From a virus: DNA of 64,000 nt. Location of the stretch: IMG/VR virus record IMGVR_UViG_3300023179_000013, positions 104,947 to 168,946 of that record; one strand, 5' to 3'. This document shows positions 1 through 9,923 of the stretch, in pieces. Every line of letters begins with the position of its first letter. Positions within the stretch are counted from its first letter, which is position 1. Both the position numbers and the translations under genes were made by a program. The notes below the pieces were generated by a model. That model ran no database searches, had not been told where the DNA came from, and saw nothing but the letters and a program-made list of their open reading frames with translations.

Positions 1-1766
<1,766 letters not shown>

Positions 1767-1769
1767 TAT

Positions 1770-2450
1770 ATGAAAAAAGGTTATGTTTTACTGGTTATTT
1801 TACTCCTAGCATTTACTAGTTGTAAGAAAGTTCTTGGTATTAGAGATGATCCATACCCATTTGAAAATGGTAAACGATCAAAATTAGCTATGCGCTATCC
1901 TCAAGACGCTAGAGGTTATTATCTAGTTCCAATTGATACAACAACTAATTCAAATCGATTTGACATTTATGTTGAAGCAACTAAACTAATTCCATTCTAC
2001 TGGTACAATGGAACATCAGTAATGAGTGTTAAATTTGATTGTAATTCATATTGGGTATTAGGAGCAGGACAAAATGACCTGGTAGTTAACATTCCATTAT
2101 ATAGCCCATTTACTAGCTTATATAGTAGCCCATACTTTAATACTCCACTTCCAGTAAAAGATACTACTGTAGTATTAAACCAATATAGAAACAGTATTGT
2201 GTCTGTTGTGCAGGAGTCAAGCATATATTTAAAAGAATATTTCCCTGGCAGCATGTATCAACCAGCAGATGAATATCAGCCTGAAAGTGGGATGATGTGG
2301 GGTAAGCGTATTGTAGGTCCTATTCCTAGATATTTTAAGGGAGATACTATAACAGTATATTCTAAAATCTTTTGGGATGCCGGAAATTATACTTATACTC
2401 ACCCTCAAGAGACAACTAAAATTGATAGCGTAAAAGTAATCTTTAAATAA
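1770..2450 (+). CDS. Lipoprotein of unknown function
   Basis: MKK plus hydrophobic core plus FTSC lipobox. Confidence 0.65.
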   Translation: MKKGYVLLVILLLAFTSCKKVLGIRDDPYPFENGKRSKLAMRYPQDARGYYLVPIDTTTNSNRFDIYVEATKLIPFYWYNGTSVMSVKFDCNSYWVLGAGQNDLVVNIPLYSPFTSLYSSPYFNTPLPVKDTTVVLNQYRNSIVSVVQESSIYLKEYFPGSMYQPADEYQPESGMMWGKRIVGPIPRYFKGDTITVYSKIFWDAGNYTYTHPQETTKIDSVKVIFK

Positions 2451-3046
2451 TGAAAAAACAATACATCACTAGAAAAGGTTCATTTGACTCTGGTCATAGA
2501 GTAATGAATGAACGAATGAAATGCTTTAACATTCATGGACATACTTACCTGTATGAGCTTGAATTTGAATTTAATGAAATGGAAGAAATCGGTTATGCAA
2601 TCGATTTTAAAGAAATTAAACGTGTAGGATGTCAGTGGATTGATGATATTCTAGATCACGGTATGATTTTAAATCCACAAGACACTAAATTAATTGAAAC
2701 TACTAAAGATTATGGTACTAAAATATGGTTAATGTCTTTAAGTGGTGAAGGACAATATTGCAATCCATCAGTAGAAAATATTGCTAAAGAGGTATTCCTA
2801 GCAATGATGGTATTATTTCAACCATATAAGAATCTTAGAATTCATAAAGTAACTATTTATGAAACACCAAATTGCTCCACAATATGTCTTAGAGAATCAA
2901 TCTCAGATATTGAAGCAAATAACTGGATGAAAGTTAGATTCAATGAAGTAAATCAATATGCAACAGATAAAGGAGTAATTGAATATGACGACAGAAAAAT
3001 ATCAGATTCATCAACTGAGCAGATTAATTATCTCGAAAACAAATAA
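2450..3046 (+). CDS. queD: 6-carboxy-5,6,7,8-tetrahydropterin synthase
   Basis: FDSGHR, CFNIHGHTY, LDH, ENIA and YETP motifs. Confidence 0.9.
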   Translation: MKKQYITRKGSFDSGHRVMNERMKCFNIHGHTYLYELEFEFNEMEEIGYAIDFKEIKRVGCQWIDDILDHGMILNPQDTKLIETTKDYGTKIWLMSLSGEGQYCNPSVENIAKEVFLAMMVLFQPYKNLRIHKVTIYETPNCSTICLRESISDIEANNWMKVRFNEVNQYATDKGVIEYDDRKISDSSTEQINYLENK

Positions 3047-3059
3047 TCTAAATTAATAT

Positions 3060-3845
3060 ATGAAAGTCAGTCACGAACTGCCAATTGAATTATTACATTA
3101 TAGTTATGCATGGAATGATTATGATTATTGTCTTCCCCATCTAATAGACAAATCAGATAGATATAGATTATTCTTTCAAAAAGCTCGTTTAAATAAACGT
3201 TTTATTATCATGGATAATGGTCTGTTTGAAGGAGTAAAACATACAACAGAGGATCTATTTAATAAAATGTTTATTGTTAATCCTAATATCTTTATTGTAC
3301 CTGATGAATGGAATGATTCAGCTGCTACTATTAGAAATGCTAAGCATTGGATGATTAACTATAAAAAAGATTTACCTGATCAAACTAATTTAATGGCAGT
3401 ATGTCAAGGTAAAACCATAGCTGATTTAATTACTACATATCAAACATTAGTTGATTTAGGTTATAAACACATTGCATTTAATCATTCAAGTGAAGCATAC
3501 TCAAACAAATACCCCGAACATACTCCGGTATATGCTAAGATGTATGGTAGAATTGAATTGATTAGAGTGTTAATGGAAAGAGATATTATTAGAAAAGACA
3601 TTTACCATCATTTGCTTGGTGTCTCATTACCTCAAGAGATAATTGCTTATAGTGGATTTGACTGGATTAAATCAGTAGACACTTCTAATCCAATTATTGT
3701 TGGTTATAAAGGAGAACGCTATACAGATAGTGGTATTAATTTCAAACCAACTGAAAAGATAGAAGATCTCTTTGATAAAGACTTGGAAGACAAGATGGAA
3801 GATATTATCTTTAATGTAAACAAATTTAAACAATATGCCAAATAA
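3060..3845 (+). CDS. TGT-fold guanine transglycosylase-like protein (DpdA-like)
   Basis: IIMDNGLFE, VPD, AVCQG, HHLLG and SVDTS segments match the TGT/DpdA barrel; lies between queD and queC. Confidence 0.65.
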   Translation: MKVSHELPIELLHYSYAWNDYDYCLPHLIDKSDRYRLFFQKARLNKRFIIMDNGLFEGVKHTTEDLFNKMFIVNPNIFIVPDEWNDSAATIRNAKHWMINYKKDLPDQTNLMAVCQGKTIADLITTYQTLVDLGYKHIAFNHSSEAYSNKYPEHTPVYAKMYGRIELIRVLMERDIIRKDIYHHLLGVSLPQEIIAYSGFDWIKSVDTSNPIIVGYKGERYTDSGINFKPTEKIEDLFDKDLEDKMEDIIFNVNKFKQYAK

Positions 3846-4113
3846 AATGTTATCGTTGTTTGATTATTTAGGCCAACCAGCCGGAAAAGAATTAGGAGCA
3901 CAAGTTGCTGCCTATGCTAAAATTAGAAAAGCAAGTTATAGTTCACGTTACGTAACTAATCCTAAATACAGTGGACCAGTATTGTTGTATACTAAAGAAT
4001 TTCTTGATGAATGTTTTTTAATTAAAAAAATATTCACAGACAATACAGACTATACTGAAATCAACACTCAGTTAGCAGAAGAAGCATTTAATAAAACAGA
4101 AAATATATTTTAA
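3835..4113 (+). CDS. Hypothetical protein
   Basis: ORF translationally coupled on both sides. Confidence 0.6.
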   Translation: MPNKMLSLFDYLGQPAGKELGAQVAAYAKIRKASYSSRYVTNPKYSGPVLLYTKEFLDECFLIKKIFTDNTDYTEINTQLAEEAFNKTENIF

Positions 4114-4961
4114 TGAAAAAAGCAGTATTATCCTTAAGTGGAGGAATGGATAGCTCTACTTTGCTGCTTCATCTACTTGCCCATGGCTATGAAGTAACAG
4201 CATTGTCCTTTGATTATGGACAAAAACATCGCGTTGAACTTGAGCGTGCTAAAGCATTAATAGAATATATTAATGATAGAATGTTCTATAACAAAACAGA
4301 TAATTATGTAAAACATCAAATTATCAAACTAGATGGATTACAACAATTACTCAACTCAGCACTTGTAACAGGTGGTAAAGACGTTCCTGAAGGTCACTAC
4401 GAGCAAGATAATATGAAAGAAACAGTAGTACCTAACCGCAATAAAATCTTTGCTTCATTAATTCAAGCAGTAGCATTATCAGTTGCTACTAAAGGTGAAA
4501 AACAAGAGTGTGTTATTGCGATGGGTATTCATGCTGGTGACCACGCTATTTATCCTGATTGTAGACAAGAGTTTCGCGATGCTGATTTTGAAGCATTTAA
4601 GATTGGTAATTGGGATTCTGAATTAGTATCACATTATACTCCTTACCTTCATACTGACAAGTTAGGCATTTTAAGAGATGGAGAAGTATGTTGTCAAAAA
4701 TTAGATTTAGATTTTGATGAAGTATATAAACGTACTAATACATCTTACAAACCTATTCCTATTATTGGAACATACGATGAAAAAATAGTATGGTACTCTG
4801 ATTATAAATCAGCAGCATCAGTAGAACGTATTGAATCTTTTATTAAACTAGGTCGTAAAGATCCTGTAGCTTATGCTGATGAAACTGGTCCTGTAAAATG
4901 GGAAGTAGCTAAAGCACACGTAGAAAAAGTATTAGAACAACATAGAACAACAAATTTGTAA
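4113..4961 (+). CDS. queC: 7-cyano-7-deazaguanine synthase
   Basis: SLSGGMDS PP-loop, FDYGQKH, VPNRN, YPDCR. Confidence 0.93.
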   Translation: MKKAVLSLSGGMDSSTLLLHLLAHGYEVTALSFDYGQKHRVELERAKALIEYINDRMFYNKTDNYVKHQIIKLDGLQQLLNSALVTGGKDVPEGHYEQDNMKETVVPNRNKIFASLIQAVALSVATKGEKQECVIAMGIHAGDHAIYPDCRQEFRDADFEAFKIGNWDSELVSHYTPYLHTDKLGILRDGEVCCQKLDLDFDEVYKRTNTSYKPIPIIGTYDEKIVWYSDYKSAASVERIESFIKLGRKDPVAYADETGPVKWEVAKAHVEKVLEQHRTTNL

Positions 4962-4980
4962 ACAAATATCCCTTATAGTT

Positions 4981-5223
4981 ATGAGTTATCAGACAAAGGT
5001 ACGTGCGAATTACCTTAATCGCACAGCAAAATTGAGCTTCTTTAAGAACCGTCAACGTAATGGCGATGTAGCTCGTCTTGCAGACGAAACAGGCTACACA
5101 GAGCGTATGATTTATTACACCCTCACTGGTGAGCGTCGTGTAAACCAAACCATCGCTAACGCAATGTATAATCTTACTCGTCGCCGCATGCGCAACGAAG
5201 ATTATATCGTAGCTACGGCTTAA
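4981..5223 (+). CDS. Small basic HTH (Cro/Xre-like) protein with ssrA-like C-terminus
   Basis: VARLADETGYTERMIYYTLTGER HTH; ends EDYIVATA. Confidence 0.6.
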   Translation: MSYQTKVRANYLNRTAKLSFFKNRQRNGDVARLADETGYTERMIYYTLTGERRVNQTIANAMYNLTRRRMRNEDYIVATA

Positions 5224-5238
5224 TAAGCCAACAAACTC

Positions 5239-5277
5239 AACATCCCCATTTCCTAGAGAGTGGGGATGTTTTATTTT
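5239..5277 (+). terminator. Intrinsic terminator
   Basis: AACATCCCCA/TGGGGATGTT stem followed by T-rich tail. Confidence 0.75.
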
Positions 5278-5290
5278 AAATTACAAATTT

Positions 5291-6136
5291 ATGAAAATAT
5301 TAGTAACAGGAGGAGCAGGATTTATTGGAACTAATCTTATTAAAAGATTACTTAATAAAGGTCATACTGTTCAATCGTTAGATAATTACGATAGTGGTTT
5401 AAGAGAAAATGAAATTGAGGGATGTACTTATTATTTTGGTGATGTTAGATCAATTGGAACAATGGATAAAGACATTGATTTAATTTATCATTTAGCTGGT
5501 CTAAGTAGAATCCAACCATCATTTCAAAACCCAAATAATACATTTGAAGTTAATACAATCGGAACTCAAGAAGTATGTGATTTTGCAAAACACATTAAAG
5601 CAAAATTAATATATGCTGGTTCATCTTCTCGTTGGCACAATCCATATCAATCACCTTATGCTTGTTATAAACATCTAGGAGAGGAAATATGTAAAATGTA
5701 TCGAACTACTTTTAATACTAATATTGAAATTGCTAGATTTTATAACGTTTATGGTCCTCATGAAATAGTAGATGGAGATTGGGCTGCGGTAACTGGTATT
5801 TGGAGACGTCAAGTAAGAGATGGTCAACCACTTACAATAGTAGGTGATGGAGAACAACGCCGTGATTTTACTCATGTAGATGATATTGTAGATGGATTAT
5901 ATAAAATAGGAACAAGTAAAGAAAAACATGAAGATGCCTGGGAATTAGGAACAGGTAAAAATTATTCTATAAATGAAGTAGCAGACATGTTTGTTGAAAA
6001 ATTTGGATGTAAAAAACAATATATTCCGAATCAAAAAGGCAACTATAGAGAAACATTAAGAGAAAATAATGACGCTATGGAGCGTTTAGGATGGCAACCA
6101 TCAGATAAATTAAAGCAATATATTCAATCACTATAA
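5291..6136 (+). CDS. NAD-dependent nucleotide-sugar epimerase/dehydratase
   Basis: TGGAGFIG, YACYK, RFYNVYGP, RDFTHV. Confidence 0.88.
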   Translation: MKILVTGGAGFIGTNLIKRLLNKGHTVQSLDNYDSGLRENEIEGCTYYFGDVRSIGTMDKDIDLIYHLAGLSRIQPSFQNPNNTFEVNTIGTQEVCDFAKHIKAKLIYAGSSSRWHNPYQSPYACYKHLGEEICKMYRTTFNTNIEIARFYNVYGPHEIVDGDWAAVTGIWRRQVRDGQPLTIVGDGEQRRDFTHVDDIVDGLYKIGTSKEKHEDAWELGTGKNYSINEVADMFVEKFGCKKQYIPNQKGNYRETLRENNDAMERLGWQPSDKLKQYIQSL

Positions 6137-6144
6137 AATAAAAC

Positions 6145-6381
6145 ATGGACAATATGAAGTGTTTAAAAAATACAAAAACAGGAAACATCATCAGAGTAGA
6201 TAATAAACAAGCTAACCAAATGGTTGGCTCTCAATGGTCTTATATAGCGAAATCAGAATGGAAATTAGCTACACGTGTACCAGTGTCAGAAAAACAAACT
6301 GAAGAGGCTGAAAAGAAAGAAGTAACAATCAGTGAAAAAGCTCTTAAGCGTAATAAACTTAAAGAAAAACAAAGACAATGA
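6145..6381 (+). CDS. Hypothetical basic protein
   Basis: ORF in operon context. Confidence 0.55.
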   Translation: MDNMKCLKNTKTGNIIRVDNKQANQMVGSQWSYIAKSEWKLATRVPVSEKQTEEAEKKEVTISEKALKRNKLKEKQRQ

Positions 6382-6503
6382 TACATGAGATAACCCACAT
6401 ATTAGGACTATGTGGTGAAAAACATCTTAATGCTATGGTTATAATGTTTGATTGGCAAAATCTTAGTCCTATATTTAATTATATAAAAACATTATTCAAA
6501 TGA
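6378..6503 (+). CDS. 41-aa hypothetical protein (not in ORF track)
   Basis: MIHEITHILGLCGEKH...; ATGA overlaps at both ends. Confidence 0.5.
   Translation: MIHEITHILGLCGEKHLNAMVIMFDWQNLSPIFNYIKTLFK
6447..6477 (+). promoter_or_regulatory. Class-1 promoter upstream of queE
   Basis: TTTG-ATT-GGCAAA-N10-TATATTTA. Confidence 0.55.
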
Positions 6504-7393
6504 GTAAAATAGATCCAAATAAACTACTAATCAGTAGTGATTTCTATTCCATCCAAGGTGAAGGAATAAGCAGTGGAGTACCATCATATTTCGTTAGATT
6601 AGGTATCTGTAACCTAACTTGCGGTATGAGCCGTAAGTTTGCCAATCAATTAGAGAAAGATAAGAATCTAGAAGACGGTGAAATATTCGTAGGTGATTTA
6701 CATGCTGAAGGTAAAGCAACTTGGACTTGTGATAGTACATCTCAATGGTTATGGAGAGGTGAAGATAAAGAATTCCAATATTTAATTGATAGATGGAAGG
6801 AACAAGGTATCTATGAAGATATTAAGAATAGTACTATCCATATCATTTGGACTGGTGGTGAACCTACAATTAAAGGGCATCAAGAAGCAATTGTTAACTT
6901 TCATAAGTATTGGAATGATATAGTATACTATGAAACATTGAATAAATTAAAAAATACAACTGTATTAGATGAAGATGTATACGATCACATGGATTTAAAT
7001 CCATTTAATGAAATAGAAACTAATGGTACAGTTGTAATTGAAGATAATTTGTTTGAATTAATTGATCAAATTAACTGCTCACCCAAGTTAGCAAACTCAG
7101 GTATGACTAAGAAGCAACGCTTCAACGAAGAAGCTCTTAAACGCATCATGGAACATCCGAATTATCAATTTAAATTTGTAATATCCAATGAAGAAGACGT
7201 ACAAGAAATTTTTAGCGAATTTGTGTTACCACTTAGCATACCTCTTAAGAATGTAGTCTGCATGCCAGGATTAGATGACGTAGCTAACTTTGAAGAGCGT
7301 ACTCAGTTTTGTTTGGAGATGGCTAAGAAGTATAAGTTCCGTGGATTGACTCGTTTGCATATTGCAGCTTGGAATAAAACGTTGAATGTATAA
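6500..7393 (+). CDS. queE: 7-carboxy-7-deazaguanine synthase (radical SAM)
   Basis: FYSIQGEG, FVRLGICNLTC...CDS, TGGEP, ETNG, SPK, RLH. Confidence 0.9.
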   Translation: MSKIDPNKLLISSDFYSIQGEGISSGVPSYFVRLGICNLTCGMSRKFANQLEKDKNLEDGEIFVGDLHAEGKATWTCDSTSQWLWRGEDKEFQYLIDRWKEQGIYEDIKNSTIHIIWTGGEPTIKGHQEAIVNFHKYWNDIVYYETLNKLKNTTVLDEDVYDHMDLNPFNEIETNGTVVIEDNLFELIDQINCSPKLANSGMTKKQRFNEEALKRIMEHPNYQFKFVISNEEDVQEIFSEFVLPLSIPLKNVVCMPGLDDVANFEERTQFCLEMAKKYKFRGLTRLHIAAWNKTLNV

Positions 7394-7599
7394 TGAAAGA
7401 GCTAGATCTTCATGGTTTAAAACACTATGATGTTAAGGACACAGTTGAGAACTTTATTCTAATGAATAGTACCCCATTCCGTATTATAACAGGCAGATCA
7501 GACAAAATGAGAGAACTAGTAGAAACAACATTGAAAAAACATCGTTTTGAATTTTATACTCCTGCTCACAACCCAGGAGAAATAATTGTAATAGATTAA
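7393..7599 (+). CDS. Stand-alone Smr-domain protein
   Basis: LDLHG, IITGR, NPG. Confidence 0.75.
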   Translation: MKELDLHGLKHYDVKDTVENFILMNSTPFRIITGRSDKMRELVETTLKKHRFEFYTPAHNPGEIIVID

Positions 7600-7601
7600 T
7601 T

Positions 7602-7775
7602 ATGCTAGACGCAACTGAACAACGTATTGCTAATTTGCTTAGAAGCAACGGAGCAACTGACACACAAATTGAAATGTACTTAGATGATATTTTCTCCTTT
7701 AGTGATCCCAAGCTATATGAGAATTCTGATGATGAAGATATCTTAAGTGACTTTGAAGATTGGTTGGGAGAATAA
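7602..7775 (+). CDS. 57-aa highly acidic protein (not in ORF track)
   Basis: MLDATEQRIANLL...SDDEDILSDFEDWLGE; fills the gap between neighbouring genes. Confidence 0.6.
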   Translation: MLDATEQRIANLLRSNGATDTQIEMYLDDIFSFSDPKLYENSDDEDILSDFEDWLGE

Positions 7776-7806
7776 ATTTAAAATCATATATTTAATAAAA
7801 ATAAAG

Positions 7807-8442
7807 ATGGAACTATTAAAGAAATCAAACGGCAATTTAGCTCGTACACCAGAGCAGGTAGAACAGATGATTGAAAAAGCATCTGAAGCATATGCTCAAT
7901 TCCTTACAGCAGTAGGATTTGATTATAAAGCAGATAGACAAACAGTAGATACTCCTCGTCGTGTAGCTAAAGCATGGCTTAAGGATCTTATTGTAGGTAG
8001 TATTACTGATGAACCTAACATTACAGTATTCCCTAATGATGATGGGTACAAAGGATTAGTAATCCAATCAGGTATTCCTATTGTTAGTATGTGTGCTCAC
8101 CACAACTTAGCATTTACAGGGTATGCTACCTTAGCATATGTTCCAGGTGAACAAGTAATTGGATTAAGTAAGTTGAATCGTATTGTAGAATGGTTCTCAC
8201 GTCGTCCACAGATGCAAGAATCGCTTACACAGCAAATCCACGATTACTTAGCTACCAAAATGGATTGTCCGTCTGTAGCAGTTAGTATTGCTTGTAAACA
8301 CACATGCTGCTCACATCGTGGTATTAAACATCCATCTGTAATGACTACAAATAAATTTAGTGGTGTGTTTATGGAAAAGGATAATTTGATCCGTGAAGAA
8401 TTCCTTCACGCAATTGAAGTTAACGGAACTAAAATGAAATAA
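7807..8442 (+). CDS. folE: GTP cyclohydrolase I
   Basis: TPRRVAK, SMCAHH, GLSKLNR, RRPQMQE, HTCCSHRG; ATG 7807 preferred as start. Confidence 0.93.
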   Translation: MELLKKSNGNLARTPEQVEQMIEKASEAYAQFLTAVGFDYKADRQTVDTPRRVAKAWLKDLIVGSITDEPNITVFPNDDGYKGLVIQSGIPIVSMCAHHNLAFTGYATLAYVPGEQVIGLSKLNRIVEWFSRRPQMQESLTQQIHDYLATKMDCPSVAVSIACKHTCCSHRGIKHPSVMTTNKFSGVFMEKDNLIREEFLHAIEVNGTKMK

Positions 8443-8443
8443 T

Positions 8444-8605
8444 ATGCAACCTAAAGAATCAAAATCAAATTGGCATTTCTGGATTAGTTTTGTTAAATCT
8501 TGTATTAGAATATTTGCGGGCTGTGCTATTATAGGTCAAAGCCTAGTAGCAGCAGGTGTTAGCTTAATTCTAGCTGAGTTTTTAGGTATTATTGAAGAAT
8601 TATAA
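8444..8605 (+). CDS. 53-aa membrane protein (not in ORF track)
   Basis: HFWISFVKSCIRI...LILAEFLGIIEEL. Confidence 0.55.
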   Translation: MQPKESKSNWHFWISFVKSCIRIFAGCAIIGQSLVAAGVSLILAEFLGIIEEL

Positions 8606-8614
8606 AATAAAAAT

Positions 8615-9133
8615 ATGTTAAACGCACAACAAATATTAGACGAAGGATTATTGCGCCTTGAACGCGCTCAAGGTAAACCAGCTCAAGTTGGTTATGATCT
8701 TACCTTAAAGCAAGTTAATGCAGTAGGCAATAAAAGAGATATGGCTAGTCATCGTATTGGTAAAGTATTAAAAGATAAAACACAACTTACTAACTATGAA
8801 CCATATGGCTTGATTAATTTAGATGGAGTAACAGGTTGGTTATTATATGAAGGTGTATATGACATCACATTCAATGAAGGATGTAAAATCCCAGATAATC
8901 GTGTAGCATTTATTAAACAACGCTCATCCCTGTACCGCAACGGTGCAATTATTAACAGCCCGGTATTTGATCCAGGGTTTGAAACTGAATTTATGGGCAC
9001 ATTAATGTATGTTCATTGTCCAATATTCATTGAGGAAAATGCCAGAGTAGCCCAAATCTACTTCCACGAATGTACACCAGCTGAAAAGTATGATGGTCAG
9101 TGGCAAAATGATAAGCAACGAGCTTCATTATAA
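8615..9133 (+). CDS. dCTP deaminase/dUTPase superfamily protein
   Basis: GYDLT, RSSLYR, FDPGF, RVAQI. Confidence 0.8.
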   Translation: MLNAQQILDEGLLRLERAQGKPAQVGYDLTLKQVNAVGNKRDMASHRIGKVLKDKTQLTNYEPYGLINLDGVTGWLLYEGVYDITFNEGCKIPDNRVAFIKQRSSLYRNGAIINSPVFDPGFETEFMGTLMYVHCPIFIEENARVAQIYFHECTPAEKYDGQWQNDKQRASL

Positions 9134-9150
9134 GAAGCATATTTATATGC

Positions 9151-9885
9151 ATGCCATTAACATTATCAAATACAAGCGGAGCAGGTAATTTTACATTAGT
9201 TAATAATAGCAATAGTGGTAGACTTAGTATGTCTATCACTAATGCTATAGTTACTAACGGACTTACTTTACAATTAGATGCTAATAACTCTACATCATAT
9301 CCTGGCTCAGGAACTACATGGTATGATTTAGCAGGCACACAACAAAACATTACACTTGTTGGTACACCAACATATACGGCCGCAGCGCCATCATATTTTA
9401 CTTTTAATGGCTCAACACAAAGAGGTTCAGGAACAGGTGCTGTATTATCATCAACAAGCTATACTAAATGTGTATGGTTCTATTTAAACTCATATGTTGA
9501 TAATAATATAGTAAGCAGTGATGTAGGTGGACATTATATGTTTTTCCAAGGAGGAAATAAAATGTATAATGGTCATTCTAACTGGACTGGATTTCCAAGT
9601 AACTATCCATCAACAGCTACATTTAGTTTAAATACATGGTACAATGCAGCACTTACATTTAATACAACTGATGGAATGAAACTTTATATTAATGGTGCAT
9701 TAGATAGTTCTTATACTACAATTAAAACAGCATTTACAGGAGATGGCTCAACAAATATAGCAGCTTATGGAGCAGGTAATTTATTAAATGGTAGAATAGC
9801 TAAAGTTTACTGCTATAATGTATCTCTAACAGCCGCTGAAGTTTTACAAAACTATAATGCTGATAAAGCAAAATTTGGATTGTAA
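9151..9885 (+). CDS. LamG/concanavalin A-like domain protein, probably virion-associated
   Basis: LQLDA..SYPGSGTTWYDL, KLYINGAL, YNVSLTAAEVLQNY. Confidence 0.75.
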   Translation: MPLTLSNTSGAGNFTLVNNSNSGRLSMSITNAIVTNGLTLQLDANNSTSYPGSGTTWYDLAGTQQNITLVGTPTYTAAAPSYFTFNGSTQRGSGTGAVLSSTSYTKCVWFYLNSYVDNNIVSSDVGGHYMFFQGGNKMYNGHSNWTGFPSNYPSTATFSLNTWYNAALTFNTTDGMKLYINGALDSSYTTIKTAFTGDGSTNIAAYGAGNLLNGRIAKVYCYNVSLTAAEVLQNYNADKAKFGL

Positions 9886-9917
9886 TTTGACTTCGTCAAA
9901 ATAAATTCGTATATTTA
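9886..9917 (+). promoter_or_regulatory. Class-1 promoter of the DNA polymerase gene
   Basis: TTTG-N5-GTCAAA-N9-TATATTTA, 6 nt before ATG. Confidence 0.6.
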
Positions 9918-9923
9918 AGGGTT

